From Pelagomonas calceolata (taxonomy: Eukaryota): a stretch of 64,000 bases of DNA. Positions 40,126 through 49,646 of this stretch are shown here, in pieces; position 1 is the stretch's first letter, and every line of letters begins with the position of its first letter. Location: positions 1,054,001 through 1,118,000 of the forward strand of contig CAKKNE010000002.1 of NCBI GenBank assembly GCA_918797485.1. The letters are read 5' to 3'. The notes beneath the pieces are model-generated. The model made no database searches and was not told the DNA's origin. It saw only the letters and a list, made by a program, of their open reading frames with translations. The translations under genes were made by a program, and so were the position numbers.

Positions 40126-42621
40126 ATGGAGCGCGAATGGCTGCCCGAGGAAGGCGAAGTGGCCCTGGAGGCAGAACAGGGAGCGCCAGCGGCGGAGAGC
40201 CCCGGCGTGACCCGGCGACGCCAGGAAATGCAGGCTTTTGCCGCACGAAGGGAGGCGCCGCCGCCGCCGCCGGCTCAGGAGCAGACGGTGGAGGTCCACG
40301 CGCCGCAGGGTCCGCTCGGCATCGTGTTCGAGCGCAGCAGCACCGTGCTCTCCCGAGTTAAGGACTCGTCGCCGTTGCTCAACAAAGTGCAGGTCGGCTG
40401 GACGCTCGTTAGCGTCGACGGCCAGGACGTGAGCCGCATGGACGGCTGGGCGGTCACAAAAGAAATCAGTGCGCGCATGCACGACCCGGACGGGCGGCGG
40501 TTAAAATTCAAGACGGTTGACGGCAAAGCGCTGCCCGCGGAGGCCGCCGGCGAGGCGCTGCCCGCGGCCGAGCCCGCGGCGCCCTCGAAGAGCCCGCGCC
40601 TGGGCTTCTGGGCCGCGGGCATGGCGGCCTCGGCCGGCGCGCGCGCGCGGACATCGATTGAAGAACAGCCAGTCGACGGCGAGGTCGTGACGAGCCCCAT
40701 CTCGTCCGAGAACGCCGTCGTCGTCGACGCGGAGGCGCTGGAACCCGGAGAAACGGCGCAGATGGTCAACGTCGATGCACCGCCGGGCCCGCTAGGTCTT
40801 GATTTCCAGCGCGGCAGCACTGTGCTCTCCGAAGTTGAGGACTCATCGCCGTTGCTCAACAAAGTGCAGGTGGGCTGGACCCTCGTCAAAGTAGATAGTG
40901 AAGATGTGTCTCACATGAACGGCTCGCAAGTCGCGACACGGCTGAAGATGCGCTCGCGCAACCCGCGTCGCCACCTCGAATTCAAGCCTGCGTCGTCCAA
41001 TATAATCGTCGACGCGGAGCCCGCGTCGCCGGCGCCGGACCCCGCGTCGCCGGCGCCGGACCTCACTGAGGAGCAGCGCGCCGCGCTGGCCGCGTTCGCC
41101 GAGATGGACACTGATGGCGACGGCGAGCTCTCAGCGGACGAGATCCACCAGGCGCTCTCCAAGAAGAACGACGTAAGCCTCGCGCGCGTGAAGGAACTCG
41201 TCGCCAAGGCCGACACCGACGGCAGCGGCCTGGTGAGCAGAAAAGAGTACGTCGACGCCATCGCCGCGGACCTCGTGCCGGAAGGTTGGCTCGGATTCTT
41301 GGGCCGGCGCCTGACGCAGCTCACGGAGCGGGCGGAGCCGGCGGGCCTCGTCACCATCGACGCGCCGCCGGGCTCCCTGGGGCTCGTCTTTGAACGCGAG
41401 AGCACGGTCATTAAAAAGGTGCTGGAGTCTTCGCCTCTACTTAACAAAGTGCAGGTGGGGTGGACGCTCGTGAGCCTGAACGCCTTCGACGTGGTCGACC
41501 TCGACGGCTGGGCCGTCACGAAGGTCCTGCAGTCGCGAGCGGACAACCCGCAGAGGAAACTAATATTCCGCCAGGAGCAGCCGCGCCGCGCATCATCCGA
41601 CCAGGAGCAGCCCGGCCTGCTCGGCCGCGCCGCCGCTGCATTGCAGGCGCTGTCGCCGCGCGGCCGGTCCGAAGCCGTTAAAACGGCCGGTGAGTGGCGC
41701 GACGAGTTTGATACAGAGATTGAGCTGCCGCGGCCGTTGCGGGAGAACGATCACCTGCGGATCTCGGGATCTGGCGGCGTCGCCACGCTGAACTTGCTCG
41801 TGGGCAAGCTGGGCGACAAGCCCGTCGGCCCGCCGTTCTCTCAAGGCGAGAGAATCGAGGCCGACTGGCAGGGCCGTAATTGGTACTACCCGGGCAGGAT
41901 CGCGAGTGTGAACACCGACGAGACTTATAATATTAAGTACGATGATGGCGACAGCGAGAGTAACGTACCCTCCCGCCGCATTCGGCCGCACCCGAAGAAT
42001 CGCGACATAGTACTTCACTTCAACCCGCGGCATCCGGAGGGTTGCGTCGTGCGCGACAGCCGTGTGCAGGGCCGCTGGAAACATCAGGAGCGCGACGGCG
42101 GCTATCCGTTTCCGCACTCTGAGACTTGGAGCTACGAGATCTGGGTGAAGGATAGATCCGTGACGATGAGTGTCAACGGCCGCCTGTTTGGCACCTTCGA
42201 CTTTCGTGACGGGCGCTCGGCAGGCGACATCCTCTATGCGTCCGTGGATAAAAAGCATGGTTGCCAAGACGGCGAGACGCGTGCGTTTGTGCTCAAATTT
42301 GTCGAAGACGAGCCGGTGCCTCAAATGCCACCGGCTCGTGTTGAGACGACCATCAGCATCGACGACCGACGCAATATGGGGTTAACCCTCGGTAACGTGT
42401 GTACAGGAGGAGAACCACGCACCTTCGACGAGAGAGCCGCGGTGCGTGCGCTGCAACCTGCTTGGCCCGAGAAGCGCGCGAGAGAGTTCGCCAGTGACAT
42501 CAGCGACCTTGTGGAGAGCTATGAGTCGGAGGCTAGTGCGGGACCGTGGATTATGCTCGCCACGCTCGTTCTTTGGGCCATCATTGTTATCGTGATGGTG
42601 ACCACATTGTCCCTTCTCTGA
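40126..42621 (+). CDS. 3xPDZ + EF-hand pair + galectin-like domain with Tudor insert + C-terminal TM
   Basis: Three AP.G.LGx.F...SSPLLNKVQVGWTLV repeats, EF loops DTDGDGELSADE and DTDGSGLVSRKE, galectin pattern DIVLHFNPR...VVRDS...W..QER, and a hydrophobic C-terminus. Confidence 0.85.
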   Translation: MEREWLPEEGEVALEAEQGAPAAESPGVTRRRQEMQAFAARREAPPPPPAQEQTVEVHAPQGPLGIVFERSSTVLSRVKDSSPLLNKVQVGWTLVSVDGQDVSRMDGWAVTKEISARMHDPDGRRLKFKTVDGKALPAEAAGEALPAAEPAAPSKSPRLGFWAAGMAASAGARARTSIEEQPVDGEVVTSPISSENAVVVDAEALEPGETAQMVNVDAPPGPLGLDFQRGSTVLSEVEDSSPLLNKVQVGWTLVKVDSEDVSHMNGSQVATRLKMRSRNPRRHLEFKPASSNIIVDAEPASPAPDPASPAPDLTEEQRAALAAFAEMDTDGDGELSADEIHQALSKKNDVSLARVKELVAKADTDGSGLVSRKEYVDAIAADLVPEGWLGFLGRRLTQLTERAEPAGLVTIDAPPGSLGLVFERESTVIKKVLESSPLLNKVQVGWTLVSLNAFDVVDLDGWAVTKVLQSRADNPQRKLIFRQEQPRRASSDQEQPGLLGRAAAALQALSPRGRSEAVKTAGEWRDEFDTEIELPRPLRENDHLRISGSGGVATLNLLVGKLGDKPVGPPFSQGERIEADWQGRNWYYPGRIASVNTDETYNIKYDDGDSESNVPSRRIRPHPKNRDIVLHFNPRHPEGCVVRDSRVQGRWKHQERDGGYPFPHSETWSYEIWVKDRSVTMSVNGRLFGTFDFRDGRSAGDILYASVDKKHGCQDGETRAFVLKFVEDEPVPQMPPARVETTISIDDRRNMGLTLGNVCTGGEPRTFDERAAVRALQPAWPEKRAREFASDISDLVESYESEASAGPWIMLATLVLWAIIVIVMVTTLSLL

Positions 42622-42694
42622 GTGTCGTCACTCACCACCCTTCCCCCCGCAATAAAAACTACTCGCTACGAGCACTAGTCCTTAGTGCCCCGAG

Positions 42695-43189
42695 TCAGTC
42701 GTCGAACTCGCTCGCGGCAGCTGATTCCGCAGCCTTCGCCGCGGCCCGTTCCGCCTTCATGTCCTCGAACTGCTTCCGCGACTCGAGCATGCGCTCGCGG
42801 AACTTGTCCTTGTCGTTGATGATCTCGTCGAAGCCCGGCATGGACTTCATCATGTTCATGGCCATGGGGTTGTTGAGCAACGCCTGGCGCGACTGCTCGA
42901 TCTTTTCCGGGTCCCCCAGAAACTCGTTCATCATCGGCGAGTCCAGCAGCTGCTCCATGGCCGCCTCGTACTCGGCCGGGTCCGTCGGCATGCCGGGCAT
43001 CCCGCCGAGGCCGCCCATCATGTCGCCCATGCCGCCCATCGCCGGCGGCGCGGCCGCGGCGTCGTCGCCGCCGAACAACGAATCGTCGTCGTCCTCGGCG
43101 CCGCCGCGGTAGCGCAGGGCTTTGATTTGTGTTGGTGTGTGTATTGCCGCGGCGGCGCCGGCGAGCAGTGCTATCAGCGCGAGCTTCAT
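42695..43189 (-). CDS. Signal-peptide STI1/DP-repeat-like protein
   Basis: MKLALIALLAGAAAA...LRYRGG and Met-rich LLDSPMM, LGDPE, LLNNPMAMNMM repeats. Confidence 0.75.
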   Translation of the reverse strand: MKLALIALLAGAAAAIHTPTQIKALRYRGGAEDDDDSLFGGDDAAAAPPAMGGMGDMMGGLGGMPGMPTDPAEYEAAMEQLLDSPMMNEFLGDPEKIEQSRQALLNNPMAMNMMKSMPGFDEIINDKDKFRERMLESRKQFEDMKAERAAAKAAESAAASEFDD

Positions 43190-43399
43190 GGTTTAGCTAT
43201 TGACGCAGCGGCTGGCGTACGCTTGCCTGTTGCAGGTTGCAGCCTTTGCAGCTACCGCGGGGTCTGGGGGTGCGCTAAAGAGTAGAGCGCTTGTGGTGTG
43301 GTCGCGCACTGTGCTAGGGCTCAACGCAGTCGCTGGTAGCTGGTTGCTAATCGAGTATAGAGATGACAAGTGGAGGCTCTCTGCAGCAGCATAATCACC

Positions 43400-43423
43400 C
43401 TAGCGGCCTGTAAAGACACTAGC
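43400..43423. promoter_or_regulatory. Motif P copy
   Basis: CTAGCGGCCTGTAAAGACACTAGC between divergent genes. Confidence 0.6.
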
Positions 43424-43709
43424 AAGCAACATTCGGGTGCTCAAAGCCGGCGCACAACCATTGTAGCCCTCGCCGACCCTTCGGAGCCTTCATGAGGAGT
43501 CCGGCATCAATACACGCAATCCTGCCATTTTCGGGTCGACCCTAGTTTCGGCTGGTGGTGCCCACAATACATTCGTGCCAATTAGCAGCGAGTGCCATCC
43601 GCGTTCACCACGACACGGACACCCGCCTCTAACTCCCGAAGGGCCAGAGCGCGGCCGTCGCACGCAGCGCAACCAATGCTCTTACAATAATTGCCAAGAC
43701 AGTGACCCA

Positions 43710-45059
43710 ATGGTTGCAGCACGCACAACAACAACCACCACGGGCACGCGCGGCCGTCGCCCGCACAAGGCCCGCACCTTCCTCACCTACAGCGTCCCGG
43801 GCGGCGCGTCCCGGGCCGCCGAAAGCATCTCGCTGCGGGCGCTCCGCGTCGCCGCACCGCGGACCCTGACAAGCCCAGCCGTCGACGCCGTCGCGCACAC
43901 GCCCGAGCTCGTCGCCCAAGTCTTCGCGGTCCTCCGCCACGACGAGGTCCAGCAGGCCAAGCGCGCGACGCGCTGTTGGTTTGAGGTCTCGCGCACCGTA
44001 CAGACGGCGGCGCGGCTCCTCGTCGCGTCGCCGTCGCGCGTGCGCCTCGAGGCGAGCGACGGGGCCACGACATCGCATGGGATGGCGCGCCGGCCGGCGC
44101 ACCGCCGCTCCCGGTCCGCGCCGCCGCAGCCGCGCAAAACGATTGACCCGCGGCACTGGTGCTCGTCGATGGCGCGCGCGCGGCGTCCCCAGCATTTTCC
44201 TCGCGTCGATGATAGACCCTATCGTCGCGCCGCCCACCAAGGAGACCCGCCGCAGGCCCTCGGCGACTGGGACGCCGCGACGAAGTCGCGCGCCCTCTAC
44301 GTCGCGAACTGGGAGGGCGACGCCATCCTCGAGTACGGCGTCGGCCTCGACGACTCCGTGGCCTTCCGCGGCGTCTTCGCTTCGGATCCAAGACTGCGCC
44401 ACCCGGAAGGCATGGTCTTCTGGAAGGGCGCGCTGCGCGTCTGCGCGTCCTACCACTCGACGATCGTCGCGCTCGGGCCCGACGGCCGCGTCGACGACAA
44501 GCGCGCCGTCCGCCTCCGCAGCACGGACTGGTGCTGGGGCCTGGCCGTGGACCCCGCTTCCGATCGCTTACTCGTGTCGTCGTCGCCGCCCTACGACTTC
44601 CAGGCGGACCTGCCCGGCGAGAACCCGCACGTCAACAAAAGGGGCGCCGTCTTGGAAATTGACGAGGTCCGCGAGGCGTCCAAGTACCGCCACGCCGTGC
44701 GCGTCCGCTGCCCCGGGCTCACGCGGCCGGGCGGTTTAGCGGTGGCTCCCCCAAAGCACCCGAAGGCCGGCCAGGTCTTCGTCACGGAGTACGGGAGCGA
44801 GGGCCGGTCGGGCCGCGTCCTCGCCTTGTCTGGGGGCGGCTCGTCCGTGTACCTCGACTTCACGGACCTGCCCTGCCACGCGGGCACGCCGCAAGATTTG
44901 GTGAACCCCTGGACGCTCGCCTTCGGGCCCGCCGGCGATTCTTTGTATGTTGCGACGGATCCCAACCACCGCACGGTGCACCGCTTCGACGCCGCGGGCA
45001 AGTTGGTCAGGGCGGAGCGCTGCGCCGACGAGGCGCCGAACTACCTGCTGTGCGTCTAG
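43710..45059 (+). CDS. F-box-like + NHL/beta-propeller protein
   Basis: PELVAQVFAVL...AKRATRCWFEVS (F-box-like) and blades LYVANW, PEGMVF, WGLAVDP, PGGLAV, NPWTLAFGP. Start uncertain. Confidence 0.7.
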   Translation: MVAARTTTTTTGTRGRRPHKARTFLTYSVPGGASRAAESISLRALRVAAPRTLTSPAVDAVAHTPELVAQVFAVLRHDEVQQAKRATRCWFEVSRTVQTAARLLVASPSRVRLEASDGATTSHGMARRPAHRRSRSAPPQPRKTIDPRHWCSSMARARRPQHFPRVDDRPYRRAAHQGDPPQALGDWDAATKSRALYVANWEGDAILEYGVGLDDSVAFRGVFASDPRLRHPEGMVFWKGALRVCASYHSTIVALGPDGRVDDKRAVRLRSTDWCWGLAVDPASDRLLVSSSPPYDFQADLPGENPHVNKRGAVLEIDEVREASKYRHAVRVRCPGLTRPGGLAVAPPKHPKAGQVFVTEYGSEGRSGRVLALSGGGSSVYLDFTDLPCHAGTPQDLVNPWTLAFGPAGDSLYVATDPNHRTVHRFDAAGKLVRAERCADEAPNYLLCV

Positions 45060-45121
45060 ACCCGACGCTACTAACCATCGTTCGATAAATAATAGTGCCT
45101 TACCACCCGGACCCCCAAAAC

Positions 45122-47088
45122 CTACCCGGCCTTGATCAGCTTCACGATGCCCCGGACCTTGCCCGCCACGCCGTCGCCGTAGAACAACTCGACCAGCCCC
45201 ATGGCGAAGTCCTGGCCCTTGCCTTTTGAGGGGTAGTGCAGCGGCGGCGGGATCGACGTCCGCGCGAAACCCAATTTATCTTCGCAGCACGACCGTGCTA
45301 AGCAGAGCCCGCGCAGGCCCTCCGGGCCCGCAAATTTATCAAATCCCGACTCGCCGACGCCGCCGAACGGTAGCGATTGCGACAAATAAGTCGTGCCCTC
45401 CAAATCGTTCACCGAGGACATACCCGCCTTGAGGCGCGACGCGACGGCCTTGGCCCGAGCGGTAGAAGCCGCGAAAGCGCACGACGACAACCCAAACGAA
45501 CAGGCGTTGGCTTTCGCAATGGCATCCTCGTCCGACGACGTGGGAGCGAAGACGCACATGATGGGCCCGAAGATCTCCTCCTGCGCGATGCGCGCTGTCG
45601 TCGGCACATCTACTAACACGGTGGGCGGGAAGAACGACGTCCCCACTAACTCCTGAGGCGGGATCTTGCCCTGCGATAAGATTCTCGCGCCCTTGCTCAC
45701 CGCATCATCAACTAAACCCTGCAATCGGTCTCTGGACAGCGACCCCATCGTCACCGCGCCGCAATCCACTTTGACATCCTCATTCGACGCACCCACGACC
45801 AATTGATCGGCTAACGGCTTGATCCTCGATAAAAACCCCTCGTAGACCGTCGACCCCACGAAGAACCGCTCGGGACCGGCGCAATTTTGGCCCATGCTCT
45901 GGAAGACGCCTCTCAGAGCAATCTGCGAGATCCGATCCAAGTCGGACGCAGAGCAGTCGTCGCAGACGACGAAGGGGTCCTTGCCGCCCAACTCCAAGAC
46001 TACCGGCGTTAGCGTTTTCGACGCCGTCTCCATGACTATCTTTCCTACTTCCGGAGAACCCACAAAGATGCACTTGTCAATTCCACCACTGACGAGAGCG
46101 GCACCGGCGGCGCCGTAGCCGTGGACCTGTGTGGAAATCAACCAGTGAGTCACGTGGACTTCGCGAACCTCCACGCCATCGAGCCGACGCGGTCACGGCG
46201 ACAACGTCGCGTCGATGGCCTGGAAACTCCACGCCATCGAGCAGACGCAGCTACGGAGACAGCGTGGGCCGCCCGAAATTTGATTTCCACACCGCTCTGA
46301 ACGATCTGCACAAGATCCTCGGGCGCGCCCACGGCCTTCAGGCATTCTCTGAGAGCCGCGCCGAAGTACCCAGCAGCGGACCAGGACGCGTAGGGCGACA
46401 CTTTCACCACAATCCCGTTCCCCGCCATCAGCGCCGCACTCACGGGATTGAAGACGTTGTGGAACGGGTAGTTCCAGGGCACGATCGCGCCGATGACGCC
46501 GAGCGGCCGGTACTCGACCCAGACGTTCTTCGTGAACCACACGAGACTTCCCGTGGCCCGCTTCTCATTCCGTAGTACAGATTCGCCGTTCGCCGCGAGC
46601 CATTTCAGTTTTTCGCAGGTCACGAGCACTTCCCCGAAAATTGCATCAGTGACGGTCTTGCCACTGTCCCTCACGGCCACCTTCGCGATCGTAGCTTGAT
46701 TTTCTACTACAAATCTAAGCATGGTCTTCATGAGTTGTCTCCTTTGTGAGAAAGAAGATTTAGCCCAGACCTCCTGCGCGGCGCGGCATTTTTTAATTTT
46801 GAGCTCGACGGTGTCCTTCGTGTCGGCTCGGACTTCGCCCAGGTAGGTGAGCGTACTCGGGTCCCAACACTTTACCACGGAGAAATCCGGCTTCGCCTTC
46901 TCGTGCTTCAATAAGTCAAATTTCGTCTCGGGCGCCGGCGGCTCGGCGAGCTCCTCGCTCACTACGACCTGCTTGCCGCCGATTGGTAGTAGGATGCTGG
47001 AGAACTGGAGGGCGTAGTAGGTGGCCACGGCCGCGGCGGCGTAGTAGAGGAGCTGCCCGATATCCACGGTGATCTCGTGGGAGTACAT
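45122..47088 (-). CDS. Membrane-anchored aldehyde dehydrogenase (ALDH22/Msc7-like); exons 47088-46303, 46126-45122
   Basis: IVPWNYPFHN, FVGS, LELGGKD, GQNC, EEIFGP and PFGG motifs, with an N-terminal TM. Join LVQI|VHGYG. Confidence 0.93.
46127..46302 (-). mobile_element. Introner element intron (176 bp, GT-AG)
   Basis: CGGTGTGGAAATC / GATTTCCACACAG ends, duplication GTTCAGAG vs GTCCACGG. Shares the GCCCGAAATTTGATT end with 21315 (GCCCAAAATTTGATT in 21960). Confidence 0.9.
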
Positions 47089-47222
47089 CTTTGCAGCCGT
47101 GGAGTTGTTCTGGTGGCGGTGCAGCGCGGAGCGGTGAGCTATAACAAGGATTGATCCTTCGCTGTACTGTTACCTGTCACACGCGCCGCGAATAGCCGCT
47201 CGCGAGCGCAATCCACCGGGGT

Positions 47223-47246
47223 GCTAGTGTGTTACAGCCCGCTAGC
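47223..47246. promoter_or_regulatory. Motif P copy (reverse)
   Basis: GCTAGTGTGTTACAGCCCGCTAGC between divergent ATGs 47088 and 47456. Confidence 0.6.
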
Positions 47247-47455
47247 TCGATTTTACGGCAGGTCCGGCGCGTCGGCCTAGGCGGGACATTGCGCTGCGCT
47301 TTAGCTGCACGTGACCAGCGCTGCAGCCTTGTTGCACTGGTCGCAACGAGTAGTGGCTCAACGCCGGCTTGTGCCCTAGCTCAGGTAGAGGTGTGCCGGG
47401 TCCTGCGGCAGCCGTCGTCGTTGTGGCCACCACTGCACGCTATACATCACTCGTG

Positions 47456-48730
47456 ATGGAGGCCCGCGCCGCGCAGTGGTTGGATGACCCGCCTTACGAT
47501 ACAGCCTTGATTTCCGCGGTGCCGATCGAGCGCTGCCACGTAATGGCAGAAATCTTCGCTGCGTGTAAGGACGGCAACGTCTTCGCGGTGCGGGATTGGC
47601 TCGAGGAGGCGTACGACCGAGACATGGGACTCACGATGGCCTTGTCGTTGAACCCGCTACATCGTGTTGACCCCGACCCATTCACAACCACGCCTCTGCA
47701 CGTCGCGTGTTACCAGGGTCACGTGGACGTCGTCCGATTGCTCCTCAGCCGCCTTGTCGCCGACGACCCTCATCTAGACCGAGTGGGCGGCCTCGCGATC
47801 AAGGGTTCCACGCTGCTCCATGCCGCTTGCACACGGAACGGTCCTGAACGCACTGACGGCAAAATTGCGGTGGTGAGGCTGCTGATGGAGTTTCTTGGTC
47901 ACGTCGCGACGGGCACGGGTTGGGTAGAACTTCTCCCACTCTCGGCGACACCCGACCGCGCCAAGGAGGCTGCCGAGTTTCGGGGCGCGGGCGAGCCGCA
48001 GACACCGCTGGAGATCGCGTGCGCGAGTGGCTACGCCGAGATTGTGCGAGCTCTCATCGCAGGCGGCGCCGACGCCGACGCGGTGAATAATGAGTGCATG
48101 GGCGTGACACCGCTGATGCTGGCGTGCCGGTCGGACGAGCGGGGCGCGCTCGCGGTAGTCAAGCTCCTCCTCGAACTTGGCGCCGATCTTACCCGGACGG
48201 GGGGAGTCGATGGCAACACGCCCTTGCACTTTGCATGCCGTTCCCTGAGAGCGTCGAGTTGCGAACGCTCCGAGGTCGCACGCTTACTATTGGCGCGGGG
48301 CGCTGCGTTTGACCTGGAAAACACGAAGGGCAATACTGCGTTAAGCTATGGGTCAAGGAGACTCTTCGACGACGAGATGCGCCTCGCGCTCTGGCGCCGC
48401 CTCAAGCTCTACGCCTTCGGGAGACCCTCCAAGTATACGCAGTCGGCGTTGCACCGCGTCGCGGGCCTGCCCGAGCTCTCGCACCACATTGGTTCGTTCT
48501 TGGTTCTCCGCTCCGTGGATCTCATGCTTTCGAACCGCGAGCGTGCCGCCGTCCTCCGCGCCATCGCCGAGATCGACGGCAAGGCCACGCAGAAGACGAT
48601 CCGCCGGAATGCCGAGGCAATCCTTGGCATGACCAGCGGCGGCCTCGACGCCAAAAAGGTGGGGGTCAGGCACATCTGCTTCAAGGAGGTCTGGAAGTTG
48701 GGGCTAGAGGGCGTTGGCCCTGCTGCGTAA
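47456..48730 (+). CDS. Ankyrin-repeat protein with possible C-terminal DEK-C-like domain
   Basis: Repeated TPLHVAC, TPLEIAC, TPLMLAC, TPLHFAC, and C-terminal ATQKTIRRNAEAILG...LDAKK. Confidence 0.85.
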   Translation: MEARAAQWLDDPPYDTALISAVPIERCHVMAEIFAACKDGNVFAVRDWLEEAYDRDMGLTMALSLNPLHRVDPDPFTTTPLHVACYQGHVDVVRLLLSRLVADDPHLDRVGGLAIKGSTLLHAACTRNGPERTDGKIAVVRLLMEFLGHVATGTGWVELLPLSATPDRAKEAAEFRGAGEPQTPLEIACASGYAEIVRALIAGGADADAVNNECMGVTPLMLACRSDERGALAVVKLLLELGADLTRTGGVDGNTPLHFACRSLRASSCERSEVARLLLARGAAFDLENTKGNTALSYGSRRLFDDEMRLALWRRLKLYAFGRPSKYTQSALHRVAGLPELSHHIGSFLVLRSVDLMLSNRERAAVLRAIAEIDGKATQKTIRRNAEAILGMTSGGLDAKKVGVRHICFKEVWKLGLEGVGPAA

Positions 48731-48744
48731 TGTCTAGTGAATTG

Positions 48745-49437
48745 TTACCTCTTACGCTTCCGTGCCAACAAGTCACCCGGCGCCCTGAACTGGCGGAACG
48801 TCCACGAGATCCGGCGCCCCGGTTCTCCTTCATCTTTCTTGCGGCGCTTCGGGACCCCATGCACGTGTGTCTGCTGGCAGCTGCCGCCCATAATCAGCAG
48901 ATCGCCGTCGCCCAAATACAACTCGAGCGGCACCGAGTCCGCGGCGTCCGCTTCGAGGGACGCGGGCACCTTCTTCCGCGGCTTGAGCGTGAAGCGCCGT
49001 GAAGCGCCCCACGACACGGACGCGACGGGCGCGCTCGGAACCAGCGCGCGCTCGTCGTCTCTATGATCTCCGAGCCAGTGGTCGGGCTCGTACCAGTTCT
49101 GGAGGCAACTGTTCAGGTCGGACCCGGACCCGAGGGCTTCGTTACATTCAGAGAGCAGTTCGCCGCACGCCGTCGTCGATTCAATAGGCGTCGCCTGGGC
49201 GACCTGCCCTGCATACGCGTAGGACACGTCGCCGAAGGCCCGCGAGTAGCGGTTCTCGTAGCAGCGGCGGTTAAACACGACGACTTCCCGCCTCTCGGCC
49301 GGATGCAATTCCCACTCCGCGTCGAAGCGCGCCGGCGTCGACGGCCGCCAGCGGGATACATGCAGCGCCCACGACGCGGCCGAGAGTGTGTGCAGCGTGC
49401 CGCCCAGCCTCGCGTGGAGCTCCGTCGCCTTCATCAT
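48745..49437 (-). CDS. AlkB-family 2OG-Fe(II) dioxygenase (ALKBH2/3-like)
   Basis: NSCLQNWY, HRDDE, VASVSWGASRRF, GDLLIMGG, HGVPK and RISWTFR. Confidence 0.9.
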   Translation of the reverse strand: MMKATELHARLGGTLHTLSAASWALHVSRWRPSTPARFDAEWELHPAERREVVVFNRRCYENRYSRAFGDVSYAYAGQVAQATPIESTTACGELLSECNEALGSGSDLNSCLQNWYEPDHWLGDHRDDERALVPSAPVASVSWGASRRFTLKPRKKVPASLEADAADSVPLELYLGDGDLLIMGGSCQQTHVHGVPKRRKKDEGEPGRRISWTFRQFRAPGDLLARKRKR

Positions 49438-49646
49438 GTGAATTTCTCGAACAAGATGGCCAGCACGATGGCCGCGGCGAAGAACCCGCTCTTTTCGACG
49501 ATGGCTTTCCCCACGACCGGATCGATGCCGCGCCGCTCGTCGGAGTCAGGCTGGGCGTCGAGTCGCGGCGTCCGCACACGCGGCGGCAGCGTGAATGCAG
49601 TGGCAGCGGCCGCAGCGATGGCGAGCAGCCCGTAGCACCGTCGCAT
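49434..49646 (-). CDS. Small plastid-targeted single-TM protein (70 aa)
   Basis: MRRCYGLLAIAAAATA-F (ASAFAP-like), transit peptide and C-terminal hydrophobic helix. Motif P lies upstream. Confidence 0.65.
   Translation of the reverse strand: MRRCYGLLAIAAAAATAFTLPPRVRTPRLDAQPDSDERRGIDPVVGKAIVEKSGFFAAAIVLAILFEKFT

Noticed and set aside
44170..44260. Possible compensated double frameshift in the F-box/propeller gene (alternative frame GVPSIFLASMIDPIV)
   Set aside because: The main frame is open and there is no independent evidence without homologues.
49500..49520. TGGGGA upstream of the stop/start overlap as a calicivirus-like TURBS motif
   Set aside because: It is not an exact UGGGA and no counterpart was seen before the LSM5 overlap.
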